Of a stretch of 64,000 nt of DNA, positions 19,724 to 30,255 are shown in pieces. The stretch's first letter is position 1. Every line of letters starts with the position of its first letter. Source of the stretch: an uncultured Methanosarcinales archaeon (lineage in GTDB: Archaea > Nanobdellota > Nanobdellia > Woesearchaeales > ARS49); the NCBI GenBank assembly GCA_964617195.1, contig CAZTVK010000015.1:2317-66316 (forward strand), given 5' to 3'. The notes under the pieces are model-generated. The model searched no databases. It saw only the letters and a list, made by a program, of their open reading frames with translations, and had not been told where the DNA came from. The position numbers were made by a program, and so were the translations under genes.

Positions 19724-21200
19724 AATGCTCTAACGCGTGAACCAACAATCTCACACCAAAACCAGTGCCGCCTTTCCTGACATATTCCGCATCAACATCA
19801 GACCAGCTCACGCCAGCAATATCAAGATGCGCCCAAGGAGTTTTCTCGACGAAATTTGAAAGAAAAACCGCGCCCACAATTGTTCCAGCATTTCTGGGAA
19901 CAGTAGACGTGTTGAACACGTCAGCGATTTCAGACTTAACAAGCTCATTATATTCAGGCCACATAGGCAACTGCCACAAGCGCTCACCTGAAGCATTACC
20001 TGAAGCGATCAAATGACTCACGAGCTTCTCGTCCTTACTCATCACTGCCGCGCACACATTGCCCAACGCAATACGCACTGCACCTGTCAAAGTAGCCAAG
20101 TCAACCATAACATCAGGCTTCAAATTCTTCTCAGTGTAAGAAAGCGCATCAGAAAGAATAACCCTGCCCTCAGCATCAGTATTATTAATCTCAATAGTCT
20201 TACCATTGTAAGCAGTAACTACATCTCCAGGCTTGTACGCATCCATACCAAGCATGTTTTCCGTCGCAGCGAAAACTCCGACAACATGAACTTTCAGCTT
20301 AAGCAAAGCAGCAGCGCGAACTGCCGCGAGAACAGTCGCAGCACCAGCCATATCCTCTTTCATCGTCACCATACCATCAGCAGACTTAATGTCAAGACCA
20401 CCAGAATCAAATGTTATGCCTTTCCCGACAAAAGCGACTTTTTTCTTTCCACCGCCATTATATTCCATTATGACAAATCTGGGCTCATTAACACTGCCCC
20501 TGTTAACTGCAAGCAATGCAGTAAGACCAATCTTTTCAATCGCCTTTTTATCAAAAACAGTGACTTTAACGCCTAGCTTTTCCAACTTCTTCGCTTCCTG
20601 CGCAAGATCATCAGGCTTCATATTGCTTGCAGGCTCGTTAACCAAATCCCTGACCAGATTAGAGCATTCCGCAAGAACCACTCCCTTCTTCACCTCAGCA
20701 TGAACGTCATCACCGACAAGAGTCACCTGAGAAATAACTTTTATCCTATGCTTATCGACGGTGCGATACTTGATGTACTGATAAGCGCCAAGAACACTGC
20801 CCTCTGCAACAGCCTGAGCGCGCTCCTTTCTCGTCGTGCCCTTAATCTCCAGATTATGCAAAGTAGTGGAATATTCAGTAATACCACAAAAATCACGAGT
20901 AATCTTAGCACTCAAGCCTGCAGCCTTGCGCAAAATCTCAAGAGTAACATCCTCTTTCTTACCAAGACCCAACAAGAGAATATTCTTCGCAGGAATCTTG
21001 TCCAAAGTAGAAACCGATCTGAACTGCAGCCATTCGCCCTCAAACTCCTTTCCCTTGATAGCATGCGCGATAGCGCCGTGCAATTTCTCATCAACAGATT
21101 TCAATTCCGCAGGAAGTTTTTCAGCCGGAGAAAACAAGCCAACAACAATTAACTCTGTTTTGAAAGAATCAAGCTTAGCATCAACAACGCGAACTTCCAT
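19716..21200 (-). CDS. pepA: Leucyl aminopeptidase (M17 family)
   Basis: NTDAEGR and GKGITFDSGG motifs. Confidence 0.9.
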   Translation of the reverse strand: MEVRVVDAKLDSFKTELIVVGLFSPAEKLPAELKSVDEKLHGAIAHAIKGKEFEGEWLQFRSVSTLDKIPAKNILLLGLGKKEDVTLEILRKAAGLSAKITRDFCGITEYSTTLHNLEIKGTTRKERAQAVAEGSVLGAYQYIKYRTVDKHRIKVISQVTLVGDDVHAEVKKGVVLAECSNLVRDLVNEPASNMKPDDLAQEAKKLEKLGVKVTVFDKKAIEKIGLTALLAVNRGSVNEPRFVIMEYNGGGKKKVAFVGKGITFDSGGLDIKSADGMVTMKEDMAGAATVLAAVRAAALLKLKVHVVGVFAATENMLGMDAYKPGDVVTAYNGKTIEINNTDAEGRVILSDALSYTEKNLKPDVMVDLATLTGAVRIALGNVCAAVMSKDEKLVSHLIASGNASGERLWQLPMWPEYNELVKSEIADVFNTSTVPRNAGTIVGAVFLSNFVEKTPWAHLDIAGVSWSDVDAEYVRKGGTGFGVRLLVHALEHYA

Positions 21201-21240
21201 GTAAAAAGATTTTTGTAGAACAAGTTTATAAATATTTTCA

Positions 21241-22083
21241 TTATAGTTTTGAAAAAGCGCGCTGCAACATCAACGCATCGCTTTCAATGTTGGGAGATTC
21301 TGTAATAACAACGCCTTTAATCTTGAATTCCTTCCACGCTTTCAGCATATCTTTCCAGTTAAAATCAGATTCTTCGAAGTTCAAATGATTCTTTTCGCCC
21401 TTCGGACCATAATTAATGCCACAACACTGAATATGCATGTTGTCCAGCGCTTCCCTGCCAAGACCTTTTTCGATTTGAGATAAGATATTGCGGAATTCCT
21501 CTAATGTATTGTTCGTACCATTATATCTCGCGTGCAAATGGCCGAAATCAATGCACGGCAAGACTTGCTCGACTTCCTGCGATAATTTGATAGTCTCCTG
21601 CAAGTCACCCCACTGAGTTTCCTTGCCAGTTGTTTCAGGCCTAATCCAGATTTTAACATCTTCATCCTGTAATTTCTTGACAACTTCCTTCACGCCGCGC
21701 GTGACAATCTCGTGCACTTTATCCTTCGGCCTGCCAAGATAGTAACCCATATGCCAAGTAATGCTATACCCGCCACACTCATTCACACGACGGGCAGCTG
21801 AAAGCATCCTGCCAATAGACGCTTGCAGTTTCGCAGGCTCTATCGCTGCCAAGTTCACATAATACTGGCCATGACAGGTGAGAACAACATTCAACTCTTC
21901 TGCTGTTTTCTTGATTATCGGAGCAAGCGTCTCATTCACATGCACGTTCTGCACAAACTCAAACTCCATAGCGTCAAGACCGAGCTTACGAACTTGTTTA
22001 ACACCATTAAGCGTATCCCTAGGCACGGTAGAAATCGGAATTCCAGGAGTGCCAAACAAGAGAGACTTCATATTAACCAACAA
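21241..22083 (-). CDS. nfo: Endonuclease IV-like AP endonuclease (xylose-isomerase TIM barrel)
   Basis: Family-2 AP endonuclease-like conserved His/Asp/Glu pattern. 280 aa. Confidence 0.6.
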   Translation of the reverse strand: MLVNMKSLLFGTPGIPISTVPRDTLNGVKQVRKLGLDAMEFEFVQNVHVNETLAPIIKKTAEELNVVLTCHGQYYVNLAAIEPAKLQASIGRMLSAARRVNECGGYSITWHMGYYLGRPKDKVHEIVTRGVKEVVKKLQDEDVKIWIRPETTGKETQWGDLQETIKLSQEVEQVLPCIDFGHLHARYNGTNNTLEEFRNILSQIEKGLGREALDNMHIQCCGINYGPKGEKNHLNFEESDFNWKDMLKAWKEFKIKGVVITESPNIESDALMLQRAFSKL

Positions 22084-22774
22084 TCTTCAACAATTCTTTC
22101 AAATCACTAATTTCGTACTTAGGCTTGGGAGTTTCAGGACTATTCTCCTCTTTCCTGCGATTAATCCAGCACACAGTCAAACCCGCATTAGTCGCGCCGC
22201 ACACGTCCATCTGAGAACTCGCCACGTGCAAAATCTCAGAACGCTGCAAGCCCAAATACTTAACCGCAGCATTATACATCTCAACATGAGGCTTTGTAAC
22301 ACCAGTCTCATCAGAAACAAAAGTTCCATCAAAATCAACAGGAATCTTTTTCACAGTCATCTCAAACAAATCAGGATCACCATTCGAAACTATAACCAGC
22401 CTATGGCGCTTCTTCAGCTCTGACAAAACACCGGCAACTTCAGGATAAGGCTTAATCTCCTTCCACTTCTCAAACAACAAATTCTCCTCACCAGAAGCTT
22501 CAACGCCAAAAGTCTTACACACCTCATCAAGACTCTTCTTAACCATCTCCTTATACTTCAAGAAAGGCATCTTCTCAACATACCAACGGCCAGCACGACG
22601 CCAAGACAAAGCGAACTCACGAGCAGAACACTTCAAATTATTCTTTTTGACAATACCCGCAGAAACATTCTCCCAAACAGGCAGCCAATCTACCAAAGTA
22701 CCCCAAAAATCAAGAGTTAACGCTCGGAACTTACTATCCGAAGCTCTTTCCGCAACCACAGCTTTGCTTTGCAT
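22073..22774 (-). CDS. HAD-superfamily hydrolase (motif I variant DFWGT)
   Basis: LTLDFWGTLVD motif I and VIVSNGD motif. The Asp+2 position is Trp, as in dehalogenase-like DxYGT members. Confidence 0.65.
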   Translation of the reverse strand: MQSKAVVAERASDSKFRALTLDFWGTLVDWLPVWENVSAGIVKKNNLKCSAREFALSWRRAGRWYVEKMPFLKYKEMVKKSLDEVCKTFGVEASGEENLLFEKWKEIKPYPEVAGVLSELKKRHRLVIVSNGDPDLFEMTVKKIPVDFDGTFVSDETGVTKPHVEMYNAAVKYLGLQRSEILHVASSQMDVCGATNAGLTVCWINRRKEENSPETPKPKYEISDLKELLKIVG

Positions 22775-23324
22775 TTGGATTATTAATCTTAAAACCAGAC
22801 TCGTTCAAAGAATCAACATAATCAATCTCGGAATCACGCAACATGTTCAAACTGTCCGCGTCAATAAACAATTTAACGCCCTTGTCTTCAATAACAATAT
22901 CGGTTTTTTCCGGCTGCTTCTCAAAATTCATCTGATAAACAAAACCAGAACAACCACCAGGAGAAACTGCAACGCGCAAGCCATGACCTGCAATCTTGTC
23001 CTTAGCCAGCAATTCCTTTATTTTACCAGCAGCACCATCGGAAATAAGCACTCTTGCAGGGCCAGTCGGCTCCTCATGCTTGTGCTCTTTGCTTTCCTCA
23101 GAAATGAACTTGTTAATCTCAACAACCATGCTGTCAATTGTCTCATCATCAAGACCGTGCACTCTAGCACCAGCTTCAACCGTATCAAACACGTTCGCAT
23201 GACAACCAACGCAATGCAACCCATGCTCGAGCATAATAACAGCTACATCAGGATACTTCTTCAAAACATCAGCAATTACCATGTCCTTTGTAACTAACTG
23301 CTTGATTTCAATTGTCTGTGTCAT
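22734..23324 (-). CDS. sufA: DUF1858 domain fused to an A-type Fe-S carrier (SufA/IscA/HesB)
   Basis: N-terminal DUF1858-like region. C-terminal GGCSGF...SCGCGKSF A-type carrier signature. Confidence 0.7.
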   Translation of the reverse strand: MTQTIEIKQLVTKDMVIADVLKKYPDVAVIMLEHGLHCVGCHANVFDTVEAGARVHGLDDETIDSMVVEINKFISEESKEHKHEEPTGPARVLISDGAAGKIKELLAKDKIAGHGLRVAVSPGGCSGFVYQMNFEKQPEKTDIVIEDKGVKLFIDADSLNMLRDSEIDYVDSLNESGFKINNPNAKQSCGCGKSFG

Positions 23325-23715
23325 CTTCTACCTCCAACTTCTTACCCATGAATTGCAAAACGCCCAATTTCAGCACTTTCAAACCCAGCAAAGCACACTT
23401 CAACCTCATGCACGAAATCGGGATATTAATAAGGCTTAACGCATCCGCTTTATTAAACCTAGCTACCTCTTCCAAAGACTTGCCCAACGCATACTCTGTC
23501 AGCATCGAAGCAGCAGCCTGTGAAATAGCACAACCCTTTCCAGAAAAACGAACATTGCCAATCCTATTGTCTTTAACAAGAACATGCATCGTAATCTCGT
23601 CACCACACGAAGTATTCGCATCATGAGATATGATGTCCGGATGAGGAAGAATTCCCTTATTCCTCGGATTACGATAATAATCCAAAATTATTTCCTGATA
23701 CATCTCATCTATCAT
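23308..23715 (-). CDS. sufU: SufU/IscU-like Fe-S scaffold (sulfur acceptor)
   Basis: Conserved Cys in SCGD, GCAIS and a third Cys. 135 aa. Confidence 0.8.
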   Translation of the reverse strand: MIDEMYQEIILDYYRNPRNKGILPHPDIISHDANTSCGDEITMHVLVKDNRIGNVRFSGKGCAISQAAASMLTEYALGKSLEEVARFNKADALSLINIPISCMRLKCALLGLKVLKLGVLQFMGKKLEVEDDTDN

Positions 23716-24923
23716 AACCTGAACACCTTCTTTGCCTTCTGCAACGCTGCCAAAAAGACATCAACATCCTCTTTAGTATTGTAAGGGCCAAAGCTAATTC
23801 TGACCGTGGCAGCAACGCCAAGCCTGTCCATCAAAGGCTGAGCGCAATGATGCCCAGAACGAACACACACTTTCAAATGATCAAGAACAGTAGAAACATC
23901 ATGAGCGTGCATGTCACCAAGATTAAAACTGATAACACCGCCACGCATTTCAGGACCATACATCATGATTACATCATCCTTTTTCATCTTATCATACGCA
24001 TACCTTGTCAATTCCTGCTCGTGCTTCCACACGTTATCCATGCCCAAAGATTTCAAATAATCAACAGCAACGCCAAAACCAACAGCGCCAGCAACATTAG
24101 GAGTGCCAGCCTCAAACTTCCAAGGAACCTCATTCCAAGTAGAACCTTCAAAAGTCACTTCCTTAATCATGTCCCCGCCGCCAAGAACCGGCTCCATCTT
24201 CTCCAACAATTCACGCTTGCCATAGAGAACACCGATCCCAAAAGGAGCCAGCATCTTATGGCCTGAGAAGACCATGAAATCACAATCAAGCTCTTTGACA
24301 TTAACAGGCATATGAGGAACACTCTGAGACGCGTCAACCAAAGTGATAACTCCATTCTTGTGAGCCTCAGCAATCAATTCTTTGGCAGGATTGACCGTGC
24401 CAAGAACATTGCTGACTTGCAAGAACGCAAACAATTTCGGCTTTTGCTCTAACATATGAGTTGTTGAATTCTTATCAAGCTCACCATGCTCAGTAATAGG
24501 AATGTACGAAATTTTCGCGCCTGCCCTCTTCGCCAGCATCTGCCAAGGCACAATATTACTATGATGCTCCATCTCAGTCAACAAAATAGTGTCACCCTTG
24601 TTGATATTTGAGCCCCAGCTCTGCGCGACCAAATTAATACCCTCAGTCGCATTCCTGACAAAAACAATCTCTTTGGGATGAGCGCCGATAAACTCTGCAA
24701 TCTTTTTTCTAGCGCCCTCGTAAGCCTGCGTTGCCTCCTCAGCAAGAGAATTCACCCCACGATGCACATTAGAATTAGACGTCTCGTAAAACTTTTTCAT
24801 CGCTTCCAACACAATTGCCGGCTTATGAGTAGTTGCTGCGCTATCCAAATAAACCATTCCGCGCGCAAAAAACGGAAAATCCTTTCGCACACGCGCAATA
24901 TCTAAAACGCTCACATTTGCCAT
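23712..24923 (-). CDS. sufS: Cysteine desulfurase SufS (class II)
   Basis: PLP fold with RSGHHCAQPL motif and SGHK region. Confidence 0.9.
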   Translation of the reverse strand: MANVSVLDIARVRKDFPFFARGMVYLDSAATTHKPAIVLEAMKKFYETSNSNVHRGVNSLAEEATQAYEGARKKIAEFIGAHPKEIVFVRNATEGINLVAQSWGSNINKGDTILLTEMEHHSNIVPWQMLAKRAGAKISYIPITEHGELDKNSTTHMLEQKPKLFAFLQVSNVLGTVNPAKELIAEAHKNGVITLVDASQSVPHMPVNVKELDCDFMVFSGHKMLAPFGIGVLYGKRELLEKMEPVLGGGDMIKEVTFEGSTWNEVPWKFEAGTPNVAGAVGFGVAVDYLKSLGMDNVWKHEQELTRYAYDKMKKDDVIMMYGPEMRGGVISFNLGDMHAHDVSTVLDHLKVCVRSGHHCAQPLMDRLGVAATVRISFGPYNTKEDVDVFLAALQKAKKVFRL

Positions 24924-25426
24924 TTGTCATACCCCTCAGGCAATTTCAAAAAACCCTGAATGATCATCTTACAAGCTTCTGACTCGCTCATGCCCCTGCT
25001 AGTCAAATAAAATATCTTTTCAGCATCAATCGGACTCATAGTAGCAGAGTGAGACGCCTTGACGTTATTCGCCTCAATCTCCAAAGAAGGAACAGCCTCT
25101 ACCTTAGCACTGCCATCCAAAAGCAAGAAATGCTGTTCAACAAAACTATCACTCAAATCACCACTCTTCGGAATAACAATCCTCGCGTGCGAAACAGTAT
25201 TCTGAGATTTACCAACAACACCACGGGAATTAATCCTTGATTTAGTACGCGCAGCATCATGAATTATCGTCAAATTACTTTCCACATCACCAGAAGTGAA
25301 AAACTCATCAACAAGCACCTCAGCGCCCTCGCCTGACAAGCGAATAACCTGCTCAACGCGCGTAGGACTATCATGAATAAGCACAATATGCCTCTTCTCT
25401 CCAGCAGGAACAATCAGCTCGCTCAT
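24911..25426 (-). CDS. sufD: Short SufD-like protein (C-terminal beta-helix only)
   Basis: 171 aa with similarity to the SufB/SufD C-terminal region. Located between sufS and sufB. Confidence 0.6.
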   Translation of the reverse strand: MSELIVPAGEKRHIVLIHDSPTRVEQVIRLSGEGAEVLVDEFFTSGDVESNLTIIHDAARTKSRINSRGVVGKSQNTVSHARIVIPKSGDLSDSFVEQHFLLLDGSAKVEAVPSLEIEANNVKASHSATMSPIDAEKIFYLTSRGMSESEACKMIIQGFLKLPEGYDKWQM

Positions 25427-26823
25427 CCCACACTACCCTCCATCTCCATCTGGATAAGCTTGTTCAACTCAACAGAATACTCCATCGGCAACTCTTTAGT
25501 GAATTCAGCAATAAAGCCAAGAACAATCAATGACAAAGCCTCACTTTCTGAAAGTCCGCGAGACATTAAGTAAAACAACTGCTCCTCGCCCACTTTTCCA
25601 ACAGTAGCTTCGTGCACAATAGTTGAAGTCGGCTCCTCAATCTTCATCGTCGGATAAGTATCAGACCTTGAGAATTCATCAAGCAATAACGCATCACACC
25701 TGACAGAACTAGTAACGTTCTTTGCGCCTTTTGCAACACGCAACAAGCCCCTATAACTACTTCTGCCACCATCCTTACTAACCGACTTTGAAACAATTCT
25801 TGAACTGGTGTTTGATGCAAGATGAATCACTTTGCCGCCAGCATCCTGATGCTGATTCTTGCCGGCATACGCAACACTCAGAATATCCGCCTTTGCGCCC
25901 TCACCATTCAAGATGACGCACGGATATTTCATCGTCAGCTTGCTTCCAAGATTGCCATCAACCCATTCAACAGTCGCGTTTTTATGCGCCATGGCACGCT
26001 TTGTAACAAGATTGTAAACATTACTGCTCCAGTTCTGAATTGTAGTGTAACGGACTTTTGCGCCTTCAAGCGCGATAACTTCAACAACTGCTGCGTGAAG
26101 GCTATCTGTAGAGTAAACGGGCGCTGTGCAGCCCTCGATGTAATGCACTTCCGCATCTTTATCGACAATAATCAAAGTCCTCTCAAACTGGCCAACATTC
26201 TTTGCATTAATCCTGAAATAAGCCTGCAACGGCACCGTGACTTTGACTCCAGGAGGAATGTAAACGAAACTACCACCACTCCACACCGCAGTATTTAATG
26301 CAGCGAACTTGTTATCGCCAGCAGGAACAAGCGTTGCAAAATATTTCTTTACGAGCTCAGGATATTCCTTGACCGCAGTGTCTGTATCTGTGAAAACAAC
26401 GCCCTGCTTCGCCAAATCCTCTCTCAACTTGTGATAAACTGTCTGGCTTTCATACTGCGCGCCAACACCGCCTAAAAATTTCTGCTCAGCCTCAGGAATA
26501 CCCAATCTGTCAAACGTTTTCTTGATATCAGCAGGAACATCATCCCAATTATGCGCAGTCTTTTCCGAAGAAGAAAAATAATAAGTATACCTGCCAAAAT
26601 CAATATCCTTCAAATCACCGCCCCACTCAGGCATAGGCTTGCTCAAAAAAATCTTGAACGCTTTCAAACGCAAGTCAAGCATCCACTGAGGTTCGCCTTT
26701 TATTTTAGAAATCTGCCTAACAATATCTTCTGACAATCCTTTCTGCGTCTTGAACACAAAATTCTCAGGATCTTTGAAGCCATACTTCTTCTCATAATCA
26801 TTATTAAGAATCGTCAAGCTCAT
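25423..26823 (-). CDS. sufB: Fe-S cluster assembly protein SufB
   Basis: 466 aa. Conserved SufB blocks. Confidence 0.92.
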   Translation of the reverse strand: MSLTILNNDYEKKYGFKDPENFVFKTQKGLSEDIVRQISKIKGEPQWMLDLRLKAFKIFLSKPMPEWGGDLKDIDFGRYTYYFSSSEKTAHNWDDVPADIKKTFDRLGIPEAEQKFLGGVGAQYESQTVYHKLREDLAKQGVVFTDTDTAVKEYPELVKKYFATLVPAGDNKFAALNTAVWSGGSFVYIPPGVKVTVPLQAYFRINAKNVGQFERTLIIVDKDAEVHYIEGCTAPVYSTDSLHAAVVEVIALEGAKVRYTTIQNWSSNVYNLVTKRAMAHKNATVEWVDGNLGSKLTMKYPCVILNGEGAKADILSVAYAGKNQHQDAGGKVIHLASNTSSRIVSKSVSKDGGRSSYRGLLRVAKGAKNVTSSVRCDALLLDEFSRSDTYPTMKIEEPTSTIVHEATVGKVGEEQLFYLMSRGLSESEALSLIVLGFIAEFTKELPMEYSVELNKLIQMEMEGSVG

Positions 26824-27551
26824 ACCGTCACCAGTTTCTGATAACCTTTCTTTTCAATATCAAGGGCAAGCGTTGCATCACCACTCGCCACAATCTTTCC
26901 GTCAACCATAATATGAACGAAATCCGGCTTCAAATAATTCAACAAACGCTGATAATGAGTAATGACCAAACAACTAAATTCAGGAGAACGAAGAGCGCTA
27001 ACAGCCTTAGACAACAACTGCAAGCTGTCAACATCAAGACCAGAATCCATCTCATCAAGAACGGCAAGCTGAGGCTTCACGGTCAACAACTGCAAAACTT
27101 CAGCGCGCTTTTTCTCGCCACCAGAAAAACCGACATTCACCTCGCGATCAATAAAAGACTTGTCAACACCAAGCAGAGAAAGAGAAACATCAAGATTTTT
27201 TTTGAAATCAATAATAGAAAGCTTATTGTTCTTGGCCTTCGCCAAAGTGAACAAGAATTTTGAAAAACTCACGCCAGCAATCTCCAAAGGATGCTGGAAA
27301 GCCAAAAACAAGCCAAGCTTTGCGCGCTCATCAGGCTTCAAAGCCAGAATGCTTTTACCATCAATAAGAACATCTCCCTTTTCCACCTTGTACTTCGGAT
27401 GACCTGCAAGAACATACGACAAAGTACTTTTGCCACTGCCATTCGGACCCATCAATGCGTGAACTTCTCCAGGATTCACAACTAGAGAAATCCCTTTCAA
27501 AATCTGATTCCCCTCCACAGATACATGTAAGTCCTTAATCTCTAATTTCAT
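26820..27551 (-). CDS. sufC: Fe-S cluster assembly ATPase SufC
   Basis: Walker [13 protein letters not shown] signature and Walker B. Confidence 0.92.
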   Translation of the reverse strand: MKLEIKDLHVSVEGNQILKGISLVVNPGEVHALMGPNGSGKSTLSYVLAGHPKYKVEKGDVLIDGKSILALKPDERAKLGLFLAFQHPLEIAGVSFSKFLFTLAKAKNNKLSIIDFKKNLDVSLSLLGVDKSFIDREVNVGFSGGEKKRAEVLQLLTVKPQLAVLDEMDSGLDVDSLQLLSKAVSALRSPEFSCLVITHYQRLLNYLKPDFVHIMVDGKIVASGDATLALDIEKKGYQKLVTV

Positions 27552-27559
27552 AACTCCCC

Positions 27560-27949
27560 CTATTGCTTAATTTGAATCAAACCGTTTTCTTCAAAACAGA
27601 CATTGCAACCCTTAGGCGCACCGCCCAATGCTTCATGCGCCTGACACACCAAACGCTCTTCACGAATCAATATAAGCAAACGCTGCATTTCACGCATCAA
27701 ACCAATCTCTCCAGTGATGCGCTTCACAGACTCCTTGATCGCAACCTTTACTCTGTCGTTTAATTGGAATGTTGAAGCCCGCTTAGCACTCATATACTGG
27801 CTCACAGCAGGCTCTGTAACGCTCAAAAGCCCTGCAATCTCCTTCTGAGACTTCCCCTCTGCCTTCATCACTATAGCGATTTCCCTGCGCACAGCAGGAA
27901 GCACGTAAAAAACCTCAATCTCCTGAGGCTGCAACAAGCGGTTAACCAT
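27560..27949 (-). CDS. HTH transcriptional regulator with a C-terminal Cys triad, first gene of the suf operon
   Basis: HTH-like segment SQKEIAGLLSVTEPAVSQY. C-terminal C-x12-C-x2-C (CQAHEALGGAPKGCNVC). Lies upstream of sufCBDSUA. Confidence 0.55.
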   Translation of the reverse strand: MVNRLLQPQEIEVFYVLPAVRREIAIVMKAEGKSQKEIAGLLSVTEPAVSQYMSAKRASTFQLNDRVKVAIKESVKRITGEIGLMREMQRLLILIREERLVCQAHEALGGAPKGCNVCFEENGLIQIKQ

Positions 27950-27956
27950 AGTTAAC
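27941..27956. promoter_or_regulatory. GTTAAC-cata-GTTAAC repeat overlapping the regulator start codon
   Basis: gttaaccatagttaac spans the ATG of the suf regulator, next to the TATA motif at 27971-27980. Confidence 0.35.
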
Positions 27957-28068
27957 TATTGCAGGGGGGAGTATATAAAGGTTGCTCAATATTGCAGGCA
28001 AAGCATAGGAGTTTCCAACAGTTGAATAAAAGTAGAATTTATATATTACAAAGAGTATTCTGAAGAAT

Positions 28069-28563
28069 ATGGGTGGCATTCTCGGGGTAGATATCGGTGG
28101 CGTAATTATAGATAAAATAAACGACAATACCGATACTTCTTTCTTTGGCAGTAATTATTTACATACAACTGCCGTGCCTGGTGCATTTGAAGCATTAAAG
28201 ACTCTCTCGGGGATTTATGTGACTCATCTAGTATCAAAGTGTGGTGAGAATATTCAGCGCAAGACTTTAGAATGGCTAGCGCATCATGATTTCTACGACA
28301 AAACAGGAGTTGCTAGAGAAAATGTACATTTCTGTCGCAGGCGCAACGAAAAACGAGGCATATGTGATGATATTGGTGCGACTCATTTTGTCGATGACCG
28401 TCTTGAGGTATTGAGTTATCTTTCTGGTAAAATGAAATTATATTTATTTAACCCGAATGAACGCGAAATGCAAAAGTTTTCTCACGCACTCACGAGAGTG
28501 ACGCGTGCTGATAATTGGCAAAATTTGTCTCACGTTCTGCAACAAGATCAACATGTAGCTTAA
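28069..28563 (+). CDS. HAD-like NT5C-family (5'(3')-deoxyribonucleotidase-like) protein with degenerate motif I
   Basis: GVDIGGVIID in place of DxDGV. The C-terminal motif FVDDR is retained. Confidence 0.5.
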   Translation: MGGILGVDIGGVIIDKINDNTDTSFFGSNYLHTTAVPGAFEALKTLSGIYVTHLVSKCGENIQRKTLEWLAHHDFYDKTGVARENVHFCRRRNEKRGICDDIGATHFVDDRLEVLSYLSGKMKLYLFNPNEREMQKFSHALTRVTRADNWQNLSHVLQQDQHVA

Positions 28564-28615
28564 AAGTCTGACGAGTCCTGATTTTTGCAATAGTCTTAAA
28601 AGTAACGCTTTTCTG

Positions 28616-29254
28616 ATGGCGTTAGTATTAATGATGGATATCGAATCAATTGTAAGGGTGGACGAAGAATTTTCACGTTTAAATACTGAGATTTCTGATG
28701 GATTGATGAGGAGGTATTTTCTACCTGCACCCTCAAAAATTTACTTTGCCGAAGATAAATTCAGGTTAGAACATGATTCTTTGAGAGGATATGGATTAAG
28801 ATTTCATGAAAAATGGGAGATTAGAGAACTTTTGAGAACGGGGCTTACGGAAGAAGAAATAACTTCTGACCATGGGTATAATAAAAGAGAATCGTGCAAT
28901 GACGTTCCGCACCATTCTGCACAATATCATGAACATCGTTTTTATCAGAGAATTGGAGAAAGACTGTCAGGGATAAAGATTCCTATTTTAGCTCTTAAAG
29001 CAGTGAGAGATTGCTTTGAGATCCAGAGAGCATATGGCCAAGTGTTCAATGATTTTGGAGAATTTTACCGAGACATAGAGCAAAAAGAGATAACAAGAAA
29101 GGATGTAAGAAATGCGATTAGATTATTTGAAAAAACTGAATGGAAGTTTAGAAATAGAGATGGAATTTTTGATTACTTAAAGAAGCTACAAGAAGAGGGA
29201 GAAATTTCAGTCATAGAGAAGACCGCCCCCGTACTAAAGGCAACCCGACATTGA
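28616..29254 (+). CDS. Hypothetical protein
   Basis: 212-aa ORF immediately downstream of the NT5C-like gene. No recognisable domain. Confidence 0.45.
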   Translation: MALVLMMDIESIVRVDEEFSRLNTEISDGLMRRYFLPAPSKIYFAEDKFRLEHDSLRGYGLRFHEKWEIRELLRTGLTEEEITSDHGYNKRESCNDVPHHSAQYHEHRFYQRIGERLSGIKIPILALKAVRDCFEIQRAYGQVFNDFGEFYRDIEQKEITRKDVRNAIRLFEKTEWKFRNRDGIFDYLKKLQEEGEISVIEKTAPVLKATRH

Positions 29255-29362
29255 GCATAACAACTATTGAGCGAACTTTTCTTCACTTAATCAGAAAGTA
29301 TCAGGTTTTGGGAAGGTGTTTTTTAGTTATCTGAATCCTTGTTTAAAGTGTTTCAAAGCTTA

Positions 29363-30214
29363 CTACTGGCCATGCTCTTTCAGCCATTCCTGAGAAACAG
29401 GCTTATAATTCAGCAAGGCTGCGATTTTTTCCTCCTTGCCATAAAGCGGAACATTAGTGAAAAACACGTTCCTGAAACTAATCGGCTGCTGCCCCTGAAT
29501 TTCAATCTGAATCGGCACCTGCCTGCGCTGGTCGATGTGCAAGACAACACGCACGCCATCAACTAAGTAGTGCAAAGAAGGCTGGACTGTTTTCGGCACT
29601 CCCGCACTATTAAGCGTTTGAACACCAACCTCAACAAAATCAGGAACAACATCAGCAAAGTCTTCTAAATAATTCAAAGGCCCCTTGGATGTCCAATCTT
29701 CATATTGCATAGAAGTTTCGTTGTTAACAAAATGCTTGCAATTAGACTGCGACCACGTAAACTGATTGCCCATCATCTGCGCCTCATGCTCCACATTGCA
29801 ATAAGCAACCGCAGTATTACTTACAGAATCAACAAACACATCCGTAATAGGCACCCTATCAATAAAAATCACTTTCAAAAACATATGGCGCGATTTACCG
29901 CCTGAAACAAGCACAAACCTGTCTTCAAGCTCATACGCATACCCATCATACTTCTGAGCCTGAGCCAACAATTGCCTGCCAATGGCAACTGATTCAACAG
30001 CCTGAGGCTCTGGCGCGACAACCTCATTAGCAATTATTCTTTCATCTTTCTGAGGGCATTGCTCAACAGAAGAAGCAGTACTGCCATCCCAACACTGCAC
30101 GATGACTTTCTCCACAATTCTTTCTTCAACCACAGGCTGCATAGTTGGAGCGGGCTGTACCGCAGGCTGTGCGCATGCTGCAAACAACAATAATAACAAA
30201 ACCACCCATTTCAT
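29363..30214 (-). CDS. Secreted lipoprotein-like protein, paralog A
   Basis: Signal peptide MKWVVLLLLLFAACAQ (start reassigned). Shares the IVQCWDGSTAxSVxxCP block and C-terminal region with the adjacent paralog. Confidence 0.6.
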   Translation of the reverse strand: MKWVVLLLLLFAACAQPAVQPAPTMQPVVEERIVEKVIVQCWDGSTASSVEQCPQKDERIIANEVVAPEPQAVESVAIGRQLLAQAQKYDGYAYELEDRFVLVSGGKSRHMFLKVIFIDRVPITDVFVDSVSNTAVAYCNVEHEAQMMGNQFTWSQSNCKHFVNNETSMQYEDWTSKGPLNYLEDFADVVPDFVEVGVQTLNSAGVPKTVQPSLHYLVDGVRVVLHIDQRRQVPIQIEIQGQQPISFRNVFFTNVPLYGKEEKIAALLNYKPVSQEWLKEHGQ

Positions 30215-30255
30215 AGAACAATAGAGAACTTGCAAAGATAAAAATGTATCGCTTA

